Of a stretch of 32,000 bases of DNA, positions 14,592-21,587 are shown in pieces; positions within the stretch are counted from its first letter, which is position 1, and each line of letters opens with the position of its first letter. The DNA is from Nostoc sp. PCC 7120 = FACHB-418. Lineage in GTDB: Bacteria; Cyanobacteriota; Cyanobacteriia; Cyanobacteriales; Nostocaceae. The stretch is from assembly GCF_000009705.1 (NCBI RefSeq), contig NC_003272.1, forward strand, positions 2,430,001 to 2,462,000. Reading direction: 5' to 3'. The translations under genes and the position numbers were made by a program. The notes below the pieces were generated by a model. It saw only the letters and a list, made by a program, of their open reading frames with translations, searched no databases and had not been told where the DNA came from.

Positions 14592-17324
14592 ATGTCACGT
14601 CCCACAGTTGTTTTTCGCCCTACTGTTGTCATCGGTTTAGGAGGTACGGGTTATGAAGTTGCACTCAAGTTGAAAAAGCGCTTCATCGATGTTTATGGCG
14701 ACGTACCAGACATTATTCGCTTTCTCTCTATTGATACCACTGAAAATATTCAAAGCCGGGAAAAATCACCTGATGGTACTAAGGTTGTTTTAGAACCTAA
14801 TGAACTTTATGCGATTTCCGTCGCTAATCCATTACCTTTAACGCGGAACGATCATATTGATGAATGGTGGCCGAGAAATATTCCCACATCCAGCTTGATT
14901 AGTGGTGCAGGTCAGATTCGCGCCCGTGGACGGTTGGCTTTCTTTGCAAAAGTAGGCGATATTAACGGTTTAATTAGTCAGGCGATTAATACTGTCCGCG
15001 AAATTCGCAGTAGTAAACAAGCATTCTTAGACAAATTTCAAGTATCTAATCGTGATGGTGTGGAAGTTTTTATTGTTGGTAGTTTAGCTGGAGGAACGGG
15101 TAGCGGTACTTTTCTAGATGTGGCATTTTTAGCCAGACAATATCTTAATAGCTTTTCCAATGTTACGGGATTATTTGTATTACCTAGAGTATTTGCCAAT
15201 CTTCCCCAAACTCATCTAGTAAAATCCAATGCTTATGGCGCTCTCAAAGAAATTGAACACTTTTGGAATTTGTCACCATCTAATCCTTTAGAGATTGATT
15301 ATGGTATTACCAAAGTCAAAGCCGATCGCCCTCCTTTCGATGCAGTATTTTTGATGGATGGTGTGAACAAAAATGGTACTGTAGTTAGCCGTCCTAACGA
15401 CTTACAAAATTTAATCGCCGATGGTTTGTATATTCAAATTGGCTCTCAAATTGGTCTAGATGCTGCCAACGTTGCTGATAATATTCGTGCTTATTTGGCA
15501 GTTGGAGAGAAAGTCCGAGGACGAAATATAAATTATTGTAGTTTTGGCTTTGCTACTTTGGCTTTGCCAGTACAGCAGTACGAGCGAATGAAACTAGAAG
15601 ACACGCAGAACTTATTGAAAAACGAGTTGATGGCTGCTACTGCAAATATTGATATAGCCAGCGAAATTGAGCGTTTTTTACAAGATTGCAAATTAGCAGA
15701 AGCTACTACCGTATTAGATAGTTTGACAGAGAGCGATCGCGGTGGACAAGTCAAACCAGAATTCAGAATCGGGGAAATGAAATATGACCGCGCATCTTTA
15801 CCGACTATCAAAGAACTTTACAAGCGACAGTTGGATCAAATGGAGCAAAGGACGGCTAAAGATTTGGCGATGAATTTTTATCGCTTAGAACAGACTGCAA
15901 CTACTACTATTGAGGCTTGGTTGGAGCGTAGTCTGAATCGTCCCAATGGTCTAGCTTCTACTCTAAAATTCGTGAGTAGTCTTTATCAAAAGATAGATGA
16001 GTTACAGCAGAATGTACAGCGCAAATCTAAAGAAGCTCAATCTAATTTTTCCACTTTAAAATTAGAACCCCAAGAAGAAAAAATTAAAGAAGCCGCCGAA
16101 GCTTGGTTTCCCAATAAGAATACTATTCAAGCAGCTTGTCAGAGATATAAAGAACGGGCTGACCAAAAGTGGCGGATATACTTACACTGGAAACGCTGTG
16201 ATAAGGCGGCGGAACTCTGCGGTATGCTGCGGACTAGAATAGAAAAAATTCAGGAACAATGTCAACGCATACACAGCAACCTAGATAAAGTTTATCGAGA
16301 TGTAGAACAAAGTTACGCCGAAGTTAGCCGCCAAGGAAATTCTGATAATCCGTTTATCCATACTATTCAACGCGTTGATTTAGAATCGAAACGCCCCAAA
16401 GTTAGTGGTGAAGACTTTATCCGTTGGTATCGAGAAAAGTCTCAAAGTTTAACTAATTGGTCTGAGAAAAAGGCAGAAGATGTGAAAGATGAAATCTTAG
16501 CCTTTATGGATGAAACTTATCGTCCACTCACTAGTATGAATATTGAGCAAGTATTAGCAGATAGTAACCCAGAAGATGCGGGAGAGGATTTACAGCAACT
16601 TGGTAAACTTGCAGTTCCTTTGTGGCAATATCAAGATTCCGAAATTCCTGCTAAACAGCAACACGTCATTACAGAATTTTATTACTACGGAGTCGAAAGT
16701 AACAACACTATTTTTAGTAATCCCCCGCTTTCTAATCGTCTACCTAAAGGCAAAGGTAATGTTTCTTTTGTACCAACAGGTGAACCTCATAAACTCACAC
16801 TGTTTCGTATAGAAATAGGTGTACCTTTGTTTACTCTGAATGGGATGAAAGATATGGAGATGGCTTATCTAGATCCAGATAAGGTCTTCAAACATTTGCA
16901 CCGTAATTGGACGAATTTAGCAAATTTAATTCCTCCAGAAGATGACGGCGGAGCGCTGCGTTGGTTTGCTTTAGCTTTAGCACCTAATCCATATTCATTA
17001 ATTGTCAATGAGAGGAAGCAATATTTTGTCCATACAGACCAAGCAAGAAAATTAGAAGGTGGAACTTTGTTGTTGGGAGATGACCGCAAATCAGCATTTA
17101 AAGCTTTCAAAAACAATGTTTCTTTAGTTAAAGAAATTGCTCAGAAAGTCGATAAAATTACCCACCAAGACAAAGAAAAAGCGAGATTTTCTCTAGAGAG
17201 CTATATTAAGCAAGTTAATGAGCTTTTAAAGAATAATAGAGTCGGTCTGCCAATCAAAGAACAGGTGGAAATGGAAATTCAAGAAATTGATGCCTATTTA
17301 GAAGATTTGGATGTGATTAGCTAA
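14592..17324 (+). CDS. Large tubulin/FtsZ-superfamily GTPase ('tubulin-like', Tubulin_2-type) with a helical C-terminal extension
   Basis: T1-like loop VVIGLGGTGYEV (G15-G20, nt 14634-14651). Tubulin signature T4 loop IVGSLAGGTGSGTFLDVA (GGTGSG = residues 167-172, nt 15090-15107). A GAGG-containing RBS lies 9 nt upstream, and the gene starts 20 bp after the vWA gene. At 910 aa it is far longer than FtsZ or TubZ. Confidence 0.8.
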   Translation: MSRPTVVFRPTVVIGLGGTGYEVALKLKKRFIDVYGDVPDIIRFLSIDTTENIQSREKSPDGTKVVLEPNELYAISVANPLPLTRNDHIDEWWPRNIPTSSLISGAGQIRARGRLAFFAKVGDINGLISQAINTVREIRSSKQAFLDKFQVSNRDGVEVFIVGSLAGGTGSGTFLDVAFLARQYLNSFSNVTGLFVLPRVFANLPQTHLVKSNAYGALKEIEHFWNLSPSNPLEIDYGITKVKADRPPFDAVFLMDGVNKNGTVVSRPNDLQNLIADGLYIQIGSQIGLDAANVADNIRAYLAVGEKVRGRNINYCSFGFATLALPVQQYERMKLEDTQNLLKNELMAATANIDIASEIERFLQDCKLAEATTVLDSLTESDRGGQVKPEFRIGEMKYDRASLPTIKELYKRQLDQMEQRTAKDLAMNFYRLEQTATTTIEAWLERSLNRPNGLASTLKFVSSLYQKIDELQQNVQRKSKEAQSNFSTLKLEPQEEKIKEAAEAWFPNKNTIQAACQRYKERADQKWRIYLHWKRCDKAAELCGMLRTRIEKIQEQCQRIHSNLDKVYRDVEQSYAEVSRQGNSDNPFIHTIQRVDLESKRPKVSGEDFIRWYREKSQSLTNWSEKKAEDVKDEILAFMDETYRPLTSMNIEQVLADSNPEDAGEDLQQLGKLAVPLWQYQDSEIPAKQQHVITEFYYYGVESNNTIFSNPPLSNRLPKGKGNVSFVPTGEPHKLTLFRIEIGVPLFTLNGMKDMEMAYLDPDKVFKHLHRNWTNLANLIPPEDDGGALRWFALALAPNPYSLIVNERKQYFVHTDQARKLEGGTLLLGDDRKSAFKAFKNNVSLVKEIAQKVDKITHQDKEKARFSLESYIKQVNELLKNNRVGLPIKEQVEMEIQEIDAYLEDLDVIS

Positions 17325-17410
17325 TACATAACGGTGTAAATCAAGCAAATATTTTCACTGTTACTCAGCCAAAACCAGCATTTAAAATTCCGCGTAGTGG
17401 TACTAGCCTC

Positions 17411-20400
17411 ATGCCAAAACCAACTATCTTACTTGCACTCGATCCTCACAGTACGGCTTTATGTGCAGCTATCAAGCGGCAACTCCCACAACTTCCTAAC
17501 CCCCAAAGTCGCTTAATTCAGGCTTACACTCTGACTTGGGACGGTCAAACTTTTGGGTTTAGTAATGAGTTAGATTCTTTTGCCGATGCGAGTTTTGACC
17601 TCACACTCACCAACCCTAGACAAACTGCTGTCTCCCAACTGCGTCACCAGTTTAAAGAAGGGGCTAAAGACCTGCAAACTACCTTAATTGATTTAATTAA
17701 ATCAGTTAACCAATCTCCAGAAGCGATCGCCGCGAAAAATGCTGGAGTTGATATCAGTTCTTGGTATAGAATCTATATCATGTTCTCAGCCAACGACCAT
17801 CGGGCGCGAGAACTGGTATTTGAACTATCCCGCTTGATTCATTGGCTATTTAATGTCTACTTTGCTGACGTTCCCCATAGTTTGGAAGCTTTATTACTCT
17901 TACCAGGATTATTTGCTCAAGCCAGAACTGAGGATTATAGTGCGGCTTATCAACTCCTGAAGGAATTAGACGACAAAATGACTAAAGGAGTTGTCATTAG
18001 GGGTACTCAAAAAAGACCTCCTTTTGATAATTGTTGGCTGATTGACGAACGAATTGGGGAACTAGGAGTCAATTTAGATAGTTATGCTGATGCTTTTGCA
18101 GGTTTCTTGACTGTCGAACCGGAGACAGGTGGATTGTTGATTGGGGCGCATACAATCCGGGGAAAACTTCCTGCTTACAGTACCTTTGGCTATGGGGAGT
18201 TATTTTTTCCTGCACAGACAGTTGTAGATCGTTTGAGTACAGCGTTAGCAGCCGATATTATCACCCAGGAGTTTCTCCCCTCAGCAAAACTCACTCCTGA
18301 AGCAAATCGCCAATTACTATTAGATGCTAAAGAATTTGTCCTCAGCGAAGATTATAACGATGCTTTGCAGCAATTAGAACGAGACAACGGTAAACCAGTT
18401 TGGCAAGATTTCAGCCCCCGTCTTGATATTCGTCCCGGCCAGACACAAGAATATGGGATGGAATTGCAATGTGCTTATAAGCAATTTGAAAATAAAGAAC
18501 TGATTTCATCTAAGCGCACTCTAGAAATTTGTGGTAAACAAGCACAAGCCACCTTAACCAAACTCTTAGACCAGAAGATTAATCAATATGCGGATGCTGC
18601 AACTAGTGGCTTACATGAAGCTGTTAGATTATCTACTGTTTTGAATAATCCTTATTTGGAATTGCAAACAGAGTCTATTAGCGATCACCCAGAAAATCTG
18701 ATTACAGAACTACGCGCCGCCGAATCATTTTTAGATACTCGGTTGCAGATCACAATCAACAAAGAAAATAGTCAAAAGCTACTCAATCAATTCTTCACAC
18801 TCAAATCCCAAAGACAACAATTACAAGACACGATAGCTGAGACTAATTCGGAAGCACTCACCCAAGAGTTACAGAAAATTCAAGAACAATTAAAAGTAGC
18901 TGTTTCCGACTATCACCAAGCTATAAATGCAGAACTCGAACAAACTAGACAAACCCGCTTATTAGCAATTGAAGATGCTCGTTCCAAGGCACAAACAGCG
19001 ATTAGTCAGGCACAAAAACAGTTAAATTATTTAGAAAATCAACATGAAATAGCTACAGATCAATTAAATGAATTGATAGCAGAAGAAAACCGTTTTCGTT
19101 CTCTATATCTCATAGTTTTTCCTGCTGTCGTTGCTATTGCCTTAATTGGGATTTTGCTGCTCACCGGGCTTTTCAGCCAATCAACCCTTTGGATATTATT
19201 ACAACAGATAGGGGTCAACTTATTGAATTACATACTTTGGGGTTTAGTTAGTGTACTCAGTTACTTAGGTATAGTTTGGCTGAAGTACAGTACCAGTATC
19301 CGCGATCGCATTCAAAAAGTTCAGAAGCAAATCAAACGCCTAGAAAGTAGTTTAAAAGCTACTGGTGTGGAATTACGCCGTAATTATAATGACCAATTAA
19401 AGTTAGAATATGACCTCTATGCTCAAAATATCCGCGTTGAAGTAGCGAATCATTTGATTAAAACATCTAAACAAAAGACTGAGATTTTACGGCAAAGTTT
19501 ATCTAATTTTTCTCAAATATATGATATTTTAATTGCTCAACATGATAAAGCCTCGACAAATTATTCGGAAACTAGATTAGCTATTTTAACAAACTCAGAT
19601 ATCGATATTTATTATCATCAAAATATTCTCAAAACTCTACCCATTAATAAATTTACCCAAGAAGAAGTTAGTCGTTCTCAATCATGGCAAATTTCGTCCA
19701 CAGAATTTCAGAACAAACTGGATTTGTTTGCCAGAAAGCAGTTTGAACATTTAAGTAAGTTATCCATTGGAGACGTTTTAAAATCAGATTTGATCGCAGA
19801 AAATACAGCTAGTATTAGATTAAATCAACTTTATAACAGTGCGAAGCTCTTGTTGCGTCTTCAAGATAGTGATGCTCACTTAAACCCAACTTCTCAACCA
19901 GAAATTACACTTTGGGTAGGAGCAAAAGATAAAGAAGAAATACTCCGACTTTATAGTCGCTTTAGCCGTTCTTTAACTCCCTATGTCGCGGAAGACGAAA
20001 GTAGTTTATGCGTTTTGGTACGTTCTTTAGGTTTTCCGATTTACTTTCTCAGTCAAATAGAGTTTTATCGAGACTGTTATGAACGTACTCAGAAAGAACA
20101 AGAGGAAAATATTCCCGACTTAATTCCTGAAGAAATTAGTTCTAGTCGAGAATTAATTTGGGCTTATGATACTCTGTTGCTAGCGATCGCTCTGGAATTA
20201 TTGTCTCAAGACACTCACGGTAACTATCAATTCAATGGTCAATTACTTGGTCAAGAACGAGAAAAAATTGCCTCGGCTCTTGCAAATGAGTTCAGCCATC
20301 AAGAATTATATGGAGAACTCAAAGAACGTATAGAGGCGTTTGAACAAGATTTAATTTACCAGCAATTAGAAAAATCTGAAAAATCTGTCCCAGGTTTAAC

Positions 20401-20458
20401 GCATTACGAACGCAAGCGTTTAAATCATCTATTGTCAAAGTATAGTCCTCTAAACTAG
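17411..20458 (+). CDS. Degenerate (GTP-loop-less) paralog of the upstream tubulin-like protein, with a long coiled coil and a two-helix membrane hairpin
   Basis: It aligns by eye with the 910-aa protein along its whole length. The pairs are ILLALDPHSTALC vs VVIGLGGTGYEVA, IYIMFSANDHRARELVFELSRL vs VFIVGSLAGGTGSGTFLDVAFL, RPPFDNCWLIDE vs RPPFDAVFLMDG, YSTFGYGELFFPAQ vs YCSFGFATLALPVQ, and LCVLVRSLGFPIYFL vs LTLFRIEIGVPLFTL. TM helices are LYLIVFPAVVAIALIGILLLTGLF and NYILWGLVSVLSYLGIVWL (nt ~19103-19285), flanked by Q/E/L-rich heptad-like sequence. Confidence 0.75.
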   Translation: MPKPTILLALDPHSTALCAAIKRQLPQLPNPQSRLIQAYTLTWDGQTFGFSNELDSFADASFDLTLTNPRQTAVSQLRHQFKEGAKDLQTTLIDLIKSVNQSPEAIAAKNAGVDISSWYRIYIMFSANDHRARELVFELSRLIHWLFNVYFADVPHSLEALLLLPGLFAQARTEDYSAAYQLLKELDDKMTKGVVIRGTQKRPPFDNCWLIDERIGELGVNLDSYADAFAGFLTVEPETGGLLIGAHTIRGKLPAYSTFGYGELFFPAQTVVDRLSTALAADIITQEFLPSAKLTPEANRQLLLDAKEFVLSEDYNDALQQLERDNGKPVWQDFSPRLDIRPGQTQEYGMELQCAYKQFENKELISSKRTLEICGKQAQATLTKLLDQKINQYADAATSGLHEAVRLSTVLNNPYLELQTESISDHPENLITELRAAESFLDTRLQITINKENSQKLLNQFFTLKSQRQQLQDTIAETNSEALTQELQKIQEQLKVAVSDYHQAINAELEQTRQTRLLAIEDARSKAQTAISQAQKQLNYLENQHEIATDQLNELIAEENRFRSLYLIVFPAVVAIALIGILLLTGLFSQSTLWILLQQIGVNLLNYILWGLVSVLSYLGIVWLKYSTSIRDRIQKVQKQIKRLESSLKATGVELRRNYNDQLKLEYDLYAQNIRVEVANHLIKTSKQKTEILRQSLSNFSQIYDILIAQHDKASTNYSETRLAILTNSDIDIYYHQNILKTLPINKFTQEEVSRSQSWQISSTEFQNKLDLFARKQFEHLSKLSIGDVLKSDLIAENTASIRLNQLYNSAKLLLRLQDSDAHLNPTSQPEITLWVGAKDKEEILRLYSRFSRSLTPYVAEDESSLCVLVRSLGFPIYFLSQIEFYRDCYERTQKEQEENIPDLIPEEISSSRELIWAYDTLLLAIALELLSQDTHGNYQFNGQLLGQEREKIASALANEFSHQELYGELKERIEAFEQDLIYQQLEKSEKSVPGLTHYERKRLNHLLSKYSPLN

Positions 20459-20561
20459 TTATCTTCGGGAAGTGTTGACTAAATAAAACCCTCAAGGCTA
20501 GTAAAAAAGATAGAGTAATTATCCTGGAACGATTAATCATAAATAATTTCTCAGTTTCTAT

Positions 20562-20598
20562 TTGTAGAGAGGTTTAACTTCTCTACAATGGTTTTGTT
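20562..20598 (+). terminator. Candidate rho-independent terminator of the 12437-20458 cluster
   Basis: TTGTAGAGA-(9 nt)-TCTCTACAA is a 9-bp stem followed by TGGTTTTGTT. It lies about 100 bp after the stop at 20458. Confidence 0.5.
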
Positions 20599-20626
20599 GA
20601 GAAAAAATCCCAGATAATTCAATGTA

Positions 20627-21388
20627 ATGAAGACCAACACATCAAGTTACAACTCTTGGGTAATTTGTCCCAAGCCAAATCCTGTAGCGGCTTTGCGTTT
20701 ATTTTGCTTTCCTTATGCGGGTGGTAGTTCTTTTATCTTTCGCACTTGGTCAAATTATCTACCTGCATCTGTAGAGGTGTGTGCTATTGAACTTCCTGGG
20801 CGAGGAAGACAAATGCAGTTAGCGCCTTTTCACAAGATGGAACCGCTTGTGGATGCGATCGCCTCCGCTATCTACCCATATTTAGACAAGCCATTCGCCT
20901 TCCTGGGACATAGCATGGGTGGCTTGGTCAGCTTTGAAGTGGCGCGTTTCCTGCACAAACAGTATGATATTCACCCGGTTCACTTGTTTATATCCGGTCG
21001 TCGCCCCCCACACATTCCCGATTTACATCCACCTATTCATAATCTACCCGAACCAGCTTTTATAGAAGAACTACGCCATCTCAACGGTACACCATCGACA
21101 GTATTAGAAAATGCAGAACTAATGCAGCTATTTTTGCCGATTTTACGAGCTGATTTTGCAGTTTTAGAAACTTATATTTATACTCCTGAATTACCTTTAG
21201 AATGTCCCCTTACAGTTTTTGGCGGATTACAAGATTCGGAAGTTAGTTGTGATGAGTTGCAAGCATGGCGAGAGCAGACAAAGGCTGACTTTAACTTACA
21301 TATATTCCCCGGCGACCACTTTTTTCTGCACTCGGCTCAATCTCTTGTACTCGAACAATTGGCTAAATATTTGTCTATGAATGTTTAA
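20627..21388 (+). CDS. Type II (external, editing) thioesterase of the NRPS/PKS-associated family
   Basis: LFCFPYAGGSSFIFRTW, nucleophile elbow GHSMGG and C-terminal FPGDHFFL are hallmarks of the GrsT/TEII alpha/beta-hydrolase family. Length is 253 aa. Confidence 0.85.
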   Translation: MKTNTSSYNSWVICPKPNPVAALRLFCFPYAGGSSFIFRTWSNYLPASVEVCAIELPGRGRQMQLAPFHKMEPLVDAIASAIYPYLDKPFAFLGHSMGGLVSFEVARFLHKQYDIHPVHLFISGRRPPHIPDLHPPIHNLPEPAFIEELRHLNGTPSTVLENAELMQLFLPILRADFAVLETYIYTPELPLECPLTVFGGLQDSEVSCDELQAWREQTKADFNLHIFPGDHFFLHSAQSLVLEQLAKYLSMNV

Positions 21389-21390
21389 AA

Positions 21391-21444
21391 CCCTTACACC
21401 CCTATACACCCCTACACCCCTACACCCCTAAACACCCACACCCA
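21391..21444. repeat. Degenerate tandem octamer array (CCCCTACA)n
   Basis: CCCTTACA CCCCTATACA CCCCTACA CCCCTACA CCCCTAAACA CCCACA CCC, read directly. It begins 2 nt after the thioesterase stop. Confidence 0.8.
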
Positions 21445-21587
21445 ATCTCAACAAAAAATCTGCGTGCATAAGTCCTAACTTTAAAAAAATACATAAATTT
21501 TGTTGTCCTGGTACAGTTCCCTTCCCCCAGATAGTTAAAAATTTGTATTCTAAAGTTAATAGGTCTTAATGGTTCTTAGAAAAACTG

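Noticed and set aside
15533-17116. ORFs 15533-15811 (-), 16576-16812 (+) and 16865-17116 (-) inside the tubulin-like gene
   Set aside because: They are nested in or antisense to the 910-aa ORF, with no recognisable motifs and no independent start context. I treat them as spurious.
12060-17324. A TubR/TubZ-type (type III) plasmid or prophage partition cassette, meaning a small DNA-binding protein plus tubulin-like GTPase plus upstream centromere
   Set aside because: I found no iterated centromere-like repeats upstream. The tubulin-like protein is about twice TubZ length. A vWA/TM/FHA gene is intercalated. The flanks are chromosomal housekeeping genes, and no replication, integrase or phage genes are present.
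14592-17324. The 910-aa protein being FtsZ itself or a BtubA/B-type true tubulin
   Set aside because: Only the T1- and T4-like glycine loops match. The length, the N-terminal sequence and the large helical C-terminal region do not fit FtsZ (about 380-430 aa, GGGTGTG with a conserved C-terminal peptide) or BtubA/B.
11479-21388. The tubulin-like cluster being a horizontally acquired defence or mobile island
   Set aside because: No integrase, transposase, tRNA attachment site or flanking direct repeats are visible. HIP1 sites occur inside the genes (for example 14341-14348, 15734-15741 and 20185-20192), suggesting long residence in a cyanobacterial genome. The AT-rich upstream spacer alone is insufficient. 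I keep this only as an untested possibility.
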